From NCBI GenBank assembly GCA_937903605.1, contig CALCZC010000007.1, positions 37,982 through 101,981 of the forward strand: a stretch of DNA of 64,000 bases. The letters are read 5' to 3'. The DNA is from an uncultured bacterium (GTDB taxonomy: Bacteria; Patescibacteriota; Patescibacteriia; Magasanikbacterales; GWA2-37-8). The notes below the pieces were generated by a model. That model did not search any database, was not told the DNA's origin, and was given only the letters and a program-made list of their open reading frames with translations. The translations under genes and the position numbers were made by a program. The first letter of the stretch is position 1, and each line of letters begins with the position of its first letter. This document shows, in pieces, positions 1 to 10,146 of this stretch.

Positions 1-53
1 TTCTCCCAGCTTCCAATATTCCTCCATAATAAACAATAATCAATAAACAATAA

Positions 54-1382
54 TTATCTAACTGTTGTACTAACTTTATTTGTAGTATTAGTCACTGCTG
101 ACATTGTTGTTGTTACGATTATCTCCGTCGTACTCGCCGGTGTGCTTGTAACTATTACTTTTACATCGGTTGTTGTTGTGACACTTTGTCCGGATTCAGT
201 TTTTTCTTTGACAATAGTGACTACCGGTGGCAAAGCCAATTGAACACTACCGACCGCTGTATCAATAATTTTTTCCACTACTTTATTTACCTCATTTACT
301 TCCTTTATTATATTGAGAACTCCAGTCAGATCGTCACTGTCTAACATTGATTGTAATTCATCGGTTTTTTTATCAGAATCTTTTATCACTTCTTGGGTTT
401 GCAGTGCCGCTTGTTTGGTAGTACTAGCGATATTTTCAATTTGTTGTGCCAAATCGGCAGAGCTAGATGCAGAAAATGCTGTAGAAGTGACGCTGTCAAG
501 AACTTTGATTTCTGTTTTAACAGCCTCTACAATATTATTCACACCAATCAAGTTTTCGGTTTTTTGCAAAGTTTCATTAACTGTATTTTTTACAGTGTCA
601 TCTAACATCTTTTTTACTTCTTCTTTAGTGATGGTATTATCACCTTCTAAGTGTTTAATAACTACGACTTCTACAGTTTTCATAGCCACATCTTTGGCTA
701 TATCTTTGGCTTGAGAAATCTCTTCAACTACACTTTTATCAATCGTATTGGTAGCTGTCATAGACAAATCTTCTTTGATTTCACTCAAAACGGTTTTGAT
801 AGATTCGGTATTCTTTTGTACTTCTTTGAGAGTGTTGGCGGCAATACTTACTTGATTTTCATTTTCCAATTTATTGGTTAGATTGTTCATTTCGTTTTTC
901 AAATCTTGTACAGTCTCGGTAACTTTTTCCGCTTTTTTCGGATCTTGACTTGCAGCCACTTTTTTTATTTCATTGGCGCGACGTTTGGCAAACTCAGAAT
1001 GAAGTTTGGTTTCGGTAGTTTTATTTCCCATTACAGAAGCAGTAGTAATCTGGGTTTTTTCTATCACTCTTTTGGCACTATATAATATATCTCCGGGCAA
1101 ACTTTCATAAGCAGCGTCTACTGTCGCAATCCAACCGGAAGTTCCGACCATCGCCACAATCAAAAGAATAGATAATGGTTTAACTACATTTAACATCACT
1201 TTTTCTCCAAAAAACACAGACATTCCAATCCAAAAATTTTCATAAGGGCTATTACTTGAAGTTTTGGCGTTATTTTTAATTTGGGATAACAAAACCTCGC
1301 GGTTTTGCTTTAACCACGCATCATTTGGAGTAACGTCTTTGTGTTTGAGATTTTTGAGTTGTGAAATTAAATTCTTTGACAT
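54..1382 (-). CDS. DUF5667-like membrane-anchored coiled-coil protein, probable anti-sigma partner of the upstream ECF sigma factor
   Basis: One TM segment followed by AYESLPGDILYSAKRVIEK...HSEFAKRRANE (DUF5667-type motif), long coiled coil and Thr-rich tail; directly downstream of an ECF sigma gene. Confidence 0.7.
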   Translation of the reverse strand: MSKNLISQLKNLKHKDVTPNDAWLKQNREVLLSQIKNNAKTSSNSPYENFWIGMSVFFGEKVMLNVVKPLSILLIVAMVGTSGWIATVDAAYESLPGDILYSAKRVIEKTQITTASVMGNKTTETKLHSEFAKRRANEIKKVAASQDPKKAEKVTETVQDLKNEMNNLTNKLENENQVSIAANTLKEVQKNTESIKTVLSEIKEDLSMTATNTIDKSVVEEISQAKDIAKDVAMKTVEVVVIKHLEGDNTITKEEVKKMLDDTVKNTVNETLQKTENLIGVNNIVEAVKTEIKVLDSVTSTAFSASSSADLAQQIENIASTTKQAALQTQEVIKDSDKKTDELQSMLDSDDLTGVLNIIKEVNEVNKVVEKIIDTAVGSVQLALPPVVTIVKEKTESGQSVTTTTDVKVIVTSTPASTTEIIVTTTMSAVTNTTNKVSTTVR

Positions 1383-1393
1383 AAACGTTTTTT

Positions 1394-1421
1394 TGTCATT
1401 CCTGCTTTCGCAGAGATGACA
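1394..1421. repeat. Short REP-like palindrome
   Basis: TGTCATTCCTGCTTTCGCAGAGATGACA forms an imperfect hairpin between the sigma gene and its partner. Confidence 0.5.
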
Positions 1422-1429
1422 TCCACAAT

Positions 1430-1987
1430 TTATTCCGATCCTGATAATTTTTTTAATTTTTTCAAAGCGCGATGAAGAGTGACACGAACTGAGATATTTC
1501 CTTTACCGGTAATTTCCGCGATTTCTTCTATCTGTAATTCATCCACATAACGTAAAGTCAAAACTTCTTGGTATTCTAATTTCAGTTTTTTGATAACCTT
1601 GATCAAATCTTCCGCTTCTAGTTGTGTGTGTAAACCGCCAACAGTTTTTCCACTGTCACCTATTTCCAACCCTTCAGGTAAAGAAGAAATGAGAATTGTC
1701 TCGGCCTTACCAGCCTTATGGCGGTAAAGATCTATCACACAATTTCTAGCTATTTTGTAAAGAAGTCCACTAAAGCTTTCTACTTCTTTGTCGTCGTTGA
1801 TATAGTTCCAAGCTTTTAAAAACACTTCGGAAGTAATATCCTCGGCCTCTTCGTGCGAGCTGACTTTAAAGTACACGAAACGATAAATTCGTTTCACATA
1901 AATATCATAAAGAGCCGCAAAGGCCTCAGGATCTTTGTAAGCTTTGAGTTTATATAACAGTATATTTTCAGAAATACTACTCAACAT
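1430..1987 (-). CDS. ECF-type RNA polymerase sigma-70 factor
   Basis: Region 2 (AFAALYDIY...AEDITSEVFLKAW...LYKIARN) and region 4 HTH (EEIAEITGKGNISVRVTLHRALKKL). Confidence 0.95.
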   Translation of the reverse strand: MLSSISENILLYKLKAYKDPEAFAALYDIYVKRIYRFVYFKVSSHEEAEDITSEVFLKAWNYINDDKEVESFSGLLYKIARNCVIDLYRHKAGKAETILISSLPEGLEIGDSGKTVGGLHTQLEAEDLIKVIKKLKLEYQEVLTLRYVDELQIEEIAEITGKGNISVRVTLHRALKKLKKLSGSE

Positions 1988-1992
1988 CTTAG

Positions 1993-2020
1993 TAGACGTA
2001 AATAATGAAGAAATGTTACA
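1993..2020 (-). promoter_or_regulatory. Putative autoregulatory ECF promoter
   Basis: Minus strand TGTAAC-N16-CGTCTA lies 5 nt before the ATG and matches the AAC/CGTC pattern typical of ECF promoters. Confidence 0.65.
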
Positions 2021-2027
2021 CTAGATT

Positions 2028-2110
2028 CTCCCTCTCCCTCCTAACCTCCCTCTCTGGCAGAGGGAGGAACTTCCCCCTCCTTTTATTTAAGAGGAGGGGC
2101 GGGGTGGAGT
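2028..2110. repeat. GC-rich REP-like double hairpin
   Basis: CCTCCCTCT-ctggc-AGAGGGAGG and CCCCTCCT...AGGAGGGG hairpins in an otherwise AT-rich intergenic region. Confidence 0.6.
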
Positions 2111-2337
2111 CTTGAATACAAATTGTATTCAATTTTATTTAATTATAGCAAAAAATTATAGCCGAAACAATCGTCTTTATCAGCCTTTCTAATGCTTAAA
2201 ATAATACCATAAAAACCATTTGTACGTCAATGCGAAAAGGTGTATAATAACCGAGTCTAAAAGTCAAAGGCCCTTAAAGTCCGTTAAGTCGTGACTTTAT
2301 AAACTTTATAGACTTTATAGACTTTATAGACCTTTTT

Positions 2338-4047
2338 ATGAAAATAACTAAATTTTTTAAAAAATACTTTGAAAACAAATATTCTAGTATCTACAAACAT
2401 GCCAAAAAACTATTTGTTTTTGACATAATTTTGCTAATTTTAGCTATTTTTTTATTTGGAAGCGCAATTTTTTGGTTTTTTTGGCAACCAAGCATCTCCA
2501 GTCAAGTTGAGATAAATTTTGCTTATTCTAGCGAAAAAATCATTAGTGGAGAAGATTTGGATATTTTTATCACTTATAAAAATAATAGTAAATTTGATCT
2601 TGAAGAAACTACACTTTCTCTGCATCTTCCAGCTGGTTTTGTGCTAAATAAAGCTAAAAATGATCAACTTTCAGACTCCAATTCTATCAATTTAGGACAA
2701 ATTAAACCTGGTGGAAACGATAAAATAACCATTTCCGGTCAATTGGTCGGCGATGCTACCCAATCTGATAAAATTTTGGCTATATTAAGCTACAAAATAG
2801 GAAAAACTAACAAAATTGACCAGAAAAAGGAACTTGAATTGATAAATTATGATAAAACAGAAATAATGTCTGAAATAAATTTTGAAAAAACCACTTTTCC
2901 AGATAAAGAAGTGCCTTTTTCAATAAAAATATCTAATATTAGCCAAAAAACTATAGAAGGTGTGGATTTAGAGCTTCCGAACTTTTTAAATTTGGAGCAA
3001 CAATCTCCCAATGTTTTATTGCCAAAGCAAGAAATTATTTTGCAAGGTTTAGCCAAAATACCAAAAACTTTGGGTCAACTCCCTTTTTCTTATTCTCTAG
3101 TTCGCAAATTTAACAACCATAATTTCATTCAACAAAAAGAAAATTTGTTTTTTGAAGTGCGCTCTCCGGATATCGGTTTAACCCTTGAACCGCAAACCGT
3201 CTATGCTTATCTAAATTCCGGTGACACTTTGAAGATCCGGGTGGAATTTGATAATTTATCAGGCAATTTGCTACAAGATCAAAAATTGGTTTTGTTTGAT
3301 AAAAATAATGTTCTGGATTTGGAAAACACCGCCAAAATTAATAATCTTAAAATTGATGGCCAAAATCTGATTATTGATCGCTTTACCCGAAATATTTTTC
3401 AGTCCGGCTCTGCGATAAAATCTGACGAGTTTATTTTGACTTTAAAAATAAAAGATGATGCTGGGTCTTTTGCTTCAGCTTTATTTTTGGAGCCGATTTT
3501 TAGCGCCAATCTTTTTGACAGTGAAATTGGTTTTGTTACCAAAGAAAAAGCAATAGAAATTCCACTAGCCAGTCTTTTGCAAACAAAAATTCAGGCTCGC
3601 TATTATACTATAAGTCAAGATCAGATAGGACGCGGTCCCCTACCACCACAAGTAGGACAACCTACTAAATATTGGATTTATTTAGATATTCAAAATGGTG
3701 CCAACGAATTGAAAAATTTCAAATTTATCGCTAACCCCGGTAAAAATGTCATTTTTACCGGCAAACAAAGTGTAAACTACGGTTATGAAATGACCTTTGA
3801 AAACCAAGAAGCAATCTGGAAAAAAGATTCTGTTTTTGCTTCAACTTCTTTTGGTTTATATTTTGAAGTAGAAGTTACTCCGGATCAAAATGATTTGGGT
3901 GATAATTTACAACTACTTAAAAATGCAAAGATTATAGCTGTCGATGCTATGACCGGAAAAAATTATGAAATCAATTTGGGAGAGGTAAATAATAAATTAC
4001 AAGAGAATGATGAGGGAAGTAAGTTTGGGAGCGAAGTAATAAAATAA
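2338..4047 (+). CDS. Membrane-anchored hypothetical protein with Ig-like/DUF11-like beta domains
   Basis: N-terminal TM helix, repeated I-x-Y-x-N beta motifs, C-terminal GRGPLPPQVGQPTKYWI motif. Confidence 0.65.
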   Translation: MKITKFFKKYFENKYSSIYKHAKKLFVFDIILLILAIFLFGSAIFWFFWQPSISSQVEINFAYSSEKIISGEDLDIFITYKNNSKFDLEETTLSLHLPAGFVLNKAKNDQLSDSNSINLGQIKPGGNDKITISGQLVGDATQSDKILAILSYKIGKTNKIDQKKELELINYDKTEIMSEINFEKTTFPDKEVPFSIKISNISQKTIEGVDLELPNFLNLEQQSPNVLLPKQEIILQGLAKIPKTLGQLPFSYSLVRKFNNHNFIQQKENLFFEVRSPDIGLTLEPQTVYAYLNSGDTLKIRVEFDNLSGNLLQDQKLVLFDKNNVLDLENTAKINNLKIDGQNLIIDRFTRNIFQSGSAIKSDEFILTLKIKDDAGSFASALFLEPIFSANLFDSEIGFVTKEKAIEIPLASLLQTKIQARYYTISQDQIGRGPLPPQVGQPTKYWIYLDIQNGANELKNFKFIANPGKNVIFTGKQSVNYGYEMTFENQEAIWKKDSVFASTSFGLYFEVEVTPDQNDLGDNLQLLKNAKIIAVDAMTGKNYEINLGEVNNKLQENDEGSKFGSEVIK

Positions 4048-4083
4048 AAAATAATATTAAAATATTTTAATATTATAATATTA

Positions 4084-4111
4084 AAAAAAACGGACTTTCG
4101 TCCGTTTTTTT
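4084..4111. terminator. Bidirectional intrinsic terminator
   Basis: A-tract-CGGAC-TTTC-GTCCG-T-tract between convergent genes. Confidence 0.85.
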
Positions 4112-5286
4112 TAAAACATTTTGACTACACTATAAATCGCCGTGATACTAAACACTATAAACACCGGAACAATAAATATCCAATAATTTTTCATTCCATA
4201 TCTATCTGCCGGTAAATCCCCTTTTCTCTTGGCAGCGGTATAAATCAAAACCAATAAAATAGATTCTACACTAACAAACAACCCACCGACAATTTCCAAA
4301 ACCCCGATAAATGAACGAGCTCCGAGCGCAAAAATAAGAATCGGCACCAAAATAACGGCAATATCCGCCAAATATTTGTTTATTTTATGATCCCAGATAA
4401 GAGTTTGCTTAAGTGCAGTACCAAAACCCATAAAACAAGTTCCCATAGCAATAGCGGCAAAAATATTCACTAAAAAGGCAAAAAACGGTCCAAATTGAAG
4501 ACTTAGACCAACAGTAGCCACTTCAGTCACGCTTTGCCCATTCATCCCAACTACAGCCAAAACAAACAAAGCATAGACAATCATTGGGATAAGAGAGCCG
4601 ATAATAATGGCTTTTTTGAAATGCTTTTGACTACCCGGTAATAAGGCATGGGCCTCAACTATCGCCGGAGTGGCGTGAAGCGCAAAAAGGACTACACCAA
4701 ACGGCAAGAAAATATTGGCCGGATTAACATAAGACAAGGTTTCAACATTAAATTTTTTAAACAAGAAAAAAGATAAACCGATAATAATAGAGATTACTAT
4801 AAAACTGAGGTATTTTTGAACTTTTTTGAGTACCCCCAAACCAAGCCAAATTACCAAACTGCCAAAAAACCAAAATAAAACACTCCAAAATTCTGGTAAT
4901 CCGCCAAATAAAGCCGATAATACTTCTCCCTCACCAATAACATAGGCTAGGAGCACCCCATAACCGCTAAAGATAATAATAAATGACATGAGGGCCTTGG
5001 CCCAACCGCCTAAATATTTTCCAGCAAACCCCGGCAATTGCAATTCTTGGTTGGTACGAATAGCTATTTCACCGACCATCAAATTCAAAAACATCATTAC
5101 CGTGCCCAAAACCGCAATATAAAATAACCCCGGAATAAGTCCGGACTGAGACACAACATAAGGAATACCTAAAACCCCAGCACCTATTATCATCCCGGTA
5201 ATCATAAAAATAGCTTCTCCTACAGTAGCTTCATATTTATAAATGCCTTTATGTAAAACTATTTTTTGATCGGGATTTTGGTACAT
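4111..5286 (-). CDS. Aromatic amino acid permease (HAAAP/TyrP-like)
   Basis: GMIIGAGVLGIPY motif, about 11 TM helices, PFGVVLFA motif. Confidence 0.85.
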   Translation of the reverse strand: MYQNPDQKIVLHKGIYKYEATVGEAIFMITGMIIGAGVLGIPYVVSQSGLIPGLFYIAVLGTVMMFLNLMVGEIAIRTNQELQLPGFAGKYLGGWAKALMSFIIIFSGYGVLLAYVIGEGEVLSALFGGLPEFWSVLFWFFGSLVIWLGLGVLKKVQKYLSFIVISIIIGLSFFLFKKFNVETLSYVNPANIFLPFGVVLFALHATPAIVEAHALLPGSQKHFKKAIIIGSLIPMIVYALFVLAVVGMNGQSVTEVATVGLSLQFGPFFAFLVNIFAAIAMGTCFMGFGTALKQTLIWDHKINKYLADIAVILVPILIFALGARSFIGVLEIVGGLFVSVESILLVLIYTAAKRKGDLPADRYGMKNYWIFIVPVFIVFSITAIYSVVKMF

Positions 5287-5430
5287 ACGATAGTTGAGAG
5301 TTTGTAAAGTTATAATTTTAAAAAAATTATGGGCTTAATTTTTTATATTATACCTTATTTTTTGTTTTTTGACAAAGAGAAACAGACCTTGACTTATCTA
5401 AAAAAATATTTTATAATATCAACCAATAAT

Positions 5431-5504
5431 GCACGCCTAGCTCAGTTGGTTAGAGCATCTCGTTTACACCGAGAGGGTCAGGGGTTCGAATCCCTTGGCG
5501 TGCA
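5431..5504 (+). tRNA. tRNA-Val(TAC)
   Basis: Acceptor GCACGCC/GGCGTGC, anticodon arm TCTCG-TTTACAC-CGAGA, T-loop GGTTCGAATCC; CCA not encoded; TTGACT/TATAAT promoter upstream and terminator hairpin at 5510-5540. Confidence 0.95.
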
Positions 5505-5659
5505 CAAACATCCCGCCTTTATAATTCAAGGGCGGGATTTTATTTTATAATACAAATACAAAACCTCGCCATTTCTGACGAGGTTTTCGTGTTATTTTTT
5601 AGTCTATCTGCTTACAGGCTTACTTGCTTACAAGCTTACCTGCTTACTTGCTTACCAGC

Positions 5660-6061
5660 TTATTTCAATTCAACTTTACCACCTGCTTCTTCAATTTTCT
5701 TTTTCATTTCTTGAGCTTCTTCTTTTTTCACACCTTCTTTAATAGCTTTTGGAGCTCCGTCAACCAAAGCTTTGGCTTCGGCAAGACCCAAACCAGTAAT
5801 TTCTTTTACCACTTTGATAACATTGATTTTGTTATCTCCTGCAGAAGTCAATTCAACATTGAATTCTGTTTTTTCTTCAGCAGCGGCAGCGCCGGCAGCT
5901 GGAGCGGCAGCCATCATCATAGCTGGAGCAGCGGCAGAAACACCAAATTTTTCTTCCAAAACTTTAACCAATTCGGCTAAGTCCAAAACGGACAATTTTT
6001 CAATTTGTTCCACCAAAGATTTAAACTTTTCCGGAACAACTACGTTTTTTTCTTCTGACAT
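5660..6061 (-). CDS. rplL: 50S ribosomal protein L7/L12
   Basis: [23 protein letters not shown]...EEKTEFNV...[12 protein letters not shown]. Confidence 0.98.
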   Translation of the reverse strand: MSEEKNVVVPEKFKSLVEQIEKLSVLDLAELVKVLEEKFGVSAAAPAMMMAAAPAAGAAAAEEKTEFNVELTSAGDNKINVIKVVKEITGLGLAEAKALVDGAPKAIKEGVKKEEAQEMKKKIEEAGGKVELK

Positions 6062-6103
6062 AATTTTATTATTAGACTTCAGTTTATAAACTGAAAATTT
6101 TAA

Positions 6104-6628
6104 TTAAGCTTTAGACTCTTTAATATTATTTAAAACATTTACTAAAGAGCGTAAATTTCCGGCCAAGACATTAACGAATCCGGAAACCGGAGCGTTGATA
6201 GAGCCGACCAATTTACCCAAAAGTTCTTGCTTACTTGGTAATGAAGCCAAGTTTTTAACATAATCACTGGCAATAAATTTATTTTCCAAAATTCCGCCAT
6301 AAATAAGAACTTTATCGTTTTGTTTGGCAAAATCTGCAACAACTTTGGCTGGGGCTATTTCATCTTTTTCACTTGTGAAAGTAGCAACACCACCTTCAAA
6401 AGTTTTTGGATTAATATCTCCAAAACCTAGCTCTTCGCAAACTTTACGCAATAAGGTTTTTTTGGCCACCATCACATTTACTCCGACATTGCGACATTTT
6501 TTACGCAAATCTTCGGAATCTTTGACAGTTAAACCTTGGAAGTTGGCAAAGACCACGGCTTTCGCTTTTTTGACGTCGTCACCTAAGCTTTCCACGATTA
6601 CCTTTTTTTGTTGTTTTGTTTTTGGCAT
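6104..6628 (-). CDS. rplJ: 50S ribosomal protein L10
   Basis: FQGLTV...LR...VAKKTL...LASLPSKQELLGKL; directly upstream of rplL. Confidence 0.97.
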   Translation of the reverse strand: MPKTKQQKKVIVESLGDDVKKAKAVVFANFQGLTVKDSEDLRKKCRNVGVNVMVAKKTLLRKVCEELGFGDINPKTFEGGVATFTSEKDEIAPAKVVADFAKQNDKVLIYGGILENKFIASDYVKNLASLPSKQELLGKLVGSINAPVSGFVNVLAGNLRSLVNVLNNIKESKA

Positions 6629-6679
6629 AATTTTTTAGTTTTTTACTAACACTCCAAAATTTTGGACGTTAATAAAAAA

Positions 6680-6792
6680 TCTGTGGTTATACCACAGACA
6701 AAACGGTCATCTTCGACCTGATCCCAAAAAATTGGGTGAGATTACCTCGGTAGCGTATTTAACCCCAAAGGGGAGCTACTGTCTATGGTGAA
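6680..6792 (-). promoter_or_regulatory. L10 ribosomal protein leader
   Basis: Minus strand CCATAGACAGTAGC...TTAAATACGCTACCGAGG fits the L10-leader core (AGACAGUAG...UUAA...CUACCGAGG); TTGACA (6818-6823) and TATAAT (6796-6801) promoter just upstream. Confidence 0.8.
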
Positions 6793-6899
6793 ACCATTAT
6801 ATCAAAATTAATTTATTTGTCAAGGGGGCAACATACTTAGTCATCGTACAATAAGTAAAGCCTATATAGGATTAACAAATAAAAAGAGGGGGTCTGTGA

Positions 6900-7775
6900 T
6901 CAGAGCACCCCTCTATAAAGAGAAGTCGCGGAAATAATACTGTCCGGCTCCATTCCCTTGATTATCGCGGGAAGCGGGGTTAAATCTGAGCCCACGCTAT
7001 CAGAGCCGATACTAACAAGCATGTGATTTTTTCGACAAAGACGGTACATGAAAATAATCGTTTCTTTGGGAACATCGGGATAATAAACTTCAACACCATC
7101 TACCCCGACTTTCAGAAATGCATTGAAAGTAGCCAGAAAATTTTCTTTAAAATTGCTTTGCCCGAAATTTTCATGGATACTCCGCCACGGATGTGCCCAA
7201 ATTATCAATGCTCCGGCCGCACGCATGGTTTTGAGTAATTGGTAGACACTACTTACCTTACGAGCACAATAAGCCGGTTTGCCGGGTTCCAAGTAACGAC
7301 GATAGAAATCATCGTTGCCAAAAATTTCTTCTTTCAACAATCTTTCCTGGTTTTCAGGATGGTTGCGAACATTTTCTACTACCAAGCGTCTGCCCAAAAA
7401 CTGTCGCGGGATGTTGTTCAGAGAATCAAAATTCACACGCCAGCCCAATTTTTGCAATCGTGCAACAACCTTCATCGCACGTCGATATTTGGCCTTGGCT
7501 TCTTTCTTGAAAAAACCCCTCACCTTCTGGATGTTTTTAAAATTATACACCAGAAAATGATAGATATTGTTTGCATACCTGGCATTAACCTCCACACCAC
7601 GTAAGCAGTTCAAATCATGCTTTTTACAAGCACCTTCAATTTCTGTGATTCGGTCAACACTTTCTTTGTCAATAATAGACAGGGTTTTGATTCCCGATTT
7701 TTTAACATTTTTCAGCAAATTTTCCAAACTATCTCCACCAATGTGCAGGTGGAGATCTTGTCTACACCTGTACAT
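6900..7775 (-). CDS. PHP-domain protein (TrpH/YciV-like) with partly degenerate metal ligands
   Basis: DLHLH, GVEV, HFLVY, AHP, DGVEVYYP and GSD motifs; the usual DHD is DKE and GSDxH is GSDSV. Confidence 0.75.
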   Translation of the reverse strand: MYRCRQDLHLHIGGDSLENLLKNVKKSGIKTLSIIDKESVDRITEIEGACKKHDLNCLRGVEVNARYANNIYHFLVYNFKNIQKVRGFFKKEAKAKYRRAMKVVARLQKLGWRVNFDSLNNIPRQFLGRRLVVENVRNHPENQERLLKEEIFGNDDFYRRYLEPGKPAYCARKVSSVYQLLKTMRAAGALIIWAHPWRSIHENFGQSNFKENFLATFNAFLKVGVDGVEVYYPDVPKETIIFMYRLCRKNHMLVSIGSDSVGSDLTPLPAIIKGMEPDSIISATSLYRGVL

Positions 7776-7886
7776 GTTTTACCTCTCTTGTAAAAGAACT
7801 TAATAGCTTAAATTAGCATATTTTAAAGATTTTGTCAATGGTCTGCTAAATAAAAATCCCCCGCTTTAAAGCGAGGGATTTTGCAT

Positions 7887-8567
7887 TTATGATATTACCG
7901 TTCCCTTGATTTTTTTACCTTCGATAGCTTTTTTAACTTCTTTTAAATCACTTCCTCTAACAAATAAGACTTTCATTTTATTTTTCCGCGCCAAAGCAGT
8001 GGCGATGGGGTCAAACGGCACATTGGCTCCGGGCACCCATTTGATACCGACGATTTTTTGAAATTTTTCCCAATCTACATTTTCCAATTTTTTAGCATCT
8101 TTGTTTGTTCGCGGATCTTTGTCATAAACATAATCTATATTAGAAAGATTGATAACCGTATCGGCACCGTATTTTTTTGCCAACAAAACCGCATCATAAT
8201 CTGTAGAAAATCCCGGCTTCCAACCGGCAGCCAACATAACTTGAGTCGTCCATTTCTGTTTTTTATAAGGATCAACAACCAATTCATTGTGAGCACTTTT
8301 ATCAAACAAAGCTTGCATCAAACGACCGTTAAGTCGTGTAGAATAAATGCCAATCCAATCCAATTCCTCGGTTTTTATTTTATTTACTTCTTTGGCTGCA
8401 CCCTGATAAAGACGGGTGGTATTTCCTCCACCACAAACCAAAATAAACTTATATTTATTTTTAAAACCGATTATCATCTTAACGAAATTCCGTAAAAATT
8501 TCGGATCAAAACCGGTTTTGGGAATAATAATAGAACCACCAAGTGAAATAACAATTGTTTTTTTCAT
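7887..8567 (-). CDS. pyrH: Uridylate kinase, archaeal type
   Basis: ISLGGS, CGGGNTTR, D-x-IGI-x-STRLN, PGFSTDYDA, VYDKDP, PFDP. Confidence 0.93.
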   Translation of the reverse strand: MKKTIVISLGGSIIIPKTGFDPKFLRNFVKMIIGFKNKYKFILVCGGGNTTRLYQGAAKEVNKIKTEELDWIGIYSTRLNGRLMQALFDKSAHNELVVDPYKKQKWTTQVMLAAGWKPGFSTDYDAVLLAKKYGADTVINLSNIDYVYDKDPRTNKDAKKLENVDWEKFQKIVGIKWVPGANVPFDPIATALARKNKMKVLFVRGSDLKEVKKAIEGKKIKGTVIS

Positions 8568-8574
8568 ATATTAA

Positions 8575-9519
8575 TTATTTCGTACTTTCGTACTTAATTA
8601 AATCTATCAAACCTTTTATCCAGACCATGTTCACTGCCATCGCTTCTTGCAACGGTGTAGCACCGGTGGTTTCTACTGTGATACAATATGGCGTACCCAA
8701 ACGATAAAAAAGATCTGGCAAGGTTCCATCATGACGAATCACAAAACCGTTTTTATCCGATAACATCGCTTCTTCCAGACAATGACTGCGATCTCCATCT
8801 TTATTCACTTCGCAAAAACCCGCATCAATCATCCTGTTTTTATAAAGCGGAACTATTTTTTTTATATTTTTTATAATATCTTTGTAAACTCCAAGCTTAC
8901 CAAAAGAATAGTGGTAAGAGAAAGGCAAAGAAACACTACTGATATAATCCTGGTGCAAATCAAGCAAAGCCCTGACCTGGGTAAGCGGTTCTTTTTTGAG
9001 AATCTTGTGCATGATTTTTGTTTCCAGAGGTAAATTTTTGGTAATTTCTGAAGACCAATACCAAGCTTTGTAATTATTACTTTTTTTAATATCGTCTTTG
9101 AAAGTTCCATCGGCCATTTCATAGCGCAAATAATCATTATTGCCGGTTTCTCCTTCATCATCATCAATATTATATCTGGTCATCTGTGAAAAACCACTGG
9201 GATTACAAAGAGGATAAATAATCAATTTAACTTTATTTTTTCGCGCATAGGAAAAAATTTCTTTAAGCTTGTTTAAAATCGTCAAAGGACCGGCGGTTTC
9301 TTCACCGTGAATACCGGCGGCAATAAACAAAATTTTGTCTTTGGGTTTAATATCCGCAGAAGCTAGACGTAAAAAATAAAATTGACCGTTTTTATATTTC
9401 AATTTATAAGAAGAAAATTTGATTTTTTTTAATTTTTTGGTTTTTTCTTTTAGAGCTTTGATATATTCGTCAATATCATGACTATAATATAAGCTAACTT
9501 TCCCTTTGTTTTTTTTCAT
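8575..9519 (-). CDS. M14-family zinc carboxypeptidase / succinylglutamate desuccinylase-like protein
   Basis: GIHGEE, NPSG..RYN, DLHQD and TVET motifs; ATG at 9519 preferred over the upstream TTG. Confidence 0.8.
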   Translation of the reverse strand: MKKNKGKVSLYYSHDIDEYIKALKEKTKKLKKIKFSSYKLKYKNGQFYFLRLASADIKPKDKILFIAAGIHGEETAGPLTILNKLKEIFSYARKNKVKLIIYPLCNPSGFSQMTRYNIDDDEGETGNNDYLRYEMADGTFKDDIKKSNNYKAWYWSSEITKNLPLETKIMHKILKKEPLTQVRALLDLHQDYISSVSLPFSYHYSFGKLGVYKDIIKNIKKIVPLYKNRMIDAGFCEVNKDGDRSHCLEEAMLSDKNGFVIRHDGTLPDLFYRLGTPYCITVETTGATPLQEAMAVNMVWIKGLIDLIKYESTK

Positions 9520-9664
9520 AATAATTAAAAGAAGACAAAATCTTGTTATTTTTTGTTCTAGATTTAAGATCGGCAAAATGTTCCGCTTTGTTGGCTTTGA
9601 ACAAACTAGGTGTGCGGTAAGCTGTTTTGCCTTTTTGCGCCCGGTTGCTAGAATAATTCTTCAT
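9494..9664 (-). CDS. Possible 56-aa basic small protein (not in the ORF track)
   Basis: ATG 9664 to TAG 9494 (MKNYSSNRAQKGKTAYRTPSLF...QRES) fills the gap between two co-oriented genes; no recognised family. Confidence 0.3.
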   Translation of the reverse strand: MKNYSSNRAQKGKTAYRTPSLFKANKAEHFADLKSRTKNNKILSSFNYYEKKQRES

Positions 9665-9677
9665 ACCAAGTTATACC

Positions 9678-10016
9678 CTATTTATTTAATAAAACATTGA
9701 TTATCCAACCGACAACAGTCATACAAAGTGCACCCCAAAACGCCGCAATAAAATTGGCTACATAAAAACCCTCTATCAACCAACCCGTTAACCAAAACAT
9801 CAACGCGTTTATAATGAAAGTAAATAAACCTAAGGTCAATAAATTTATTGGCAATGTCAAAAGCAATACTATCGGACGAATCAGTGTATTTATCAAACCC
9901 AAAACCAAAACTACCAATAGTGCCCTACCGAAACCACTCACACTAATTCCGGGTAAATAGTAAGTTAGACCTATCAAGGCAGCGGAATTTAATATCCAAC
10001 TTAAAATAGTTTTCAT
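9678..10016 (-). CDS. Phage-holin-family (YvlD/DUF360) membrane protein
   Basis: LGLINTLIRPIVLLLTLPINLLTLGLFTFIINALM signature. Confidence 0.9.
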   Translation of the reverse strand: MKTILSWILNSAALIGLTYYLPGISVSGFGRALLVVLVLGLINTLIRPIVLLLTLPINLLTLGLFTFIINALMFWLTGWLIEGFYVANFIAAFWGALCMTVVGWIINVLLNK

Positions 10017-10146
10017 ACTTATAAAATTTATTAATAAAAACTAATTATAAATAATTTTTTAAATTTTACAAAAGATCTAATAACCGCTTGTTTATATCTC
10101 AAATCTCAAAACTCAAAAGTCAAAACTACAGCCTTAAGTGTCAAAA

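Noticed and set aside
9678-10016. Prophage inferred from the holin-family gene
   Set aside because: This family is commonly chromosomal and no phage genes are nearby
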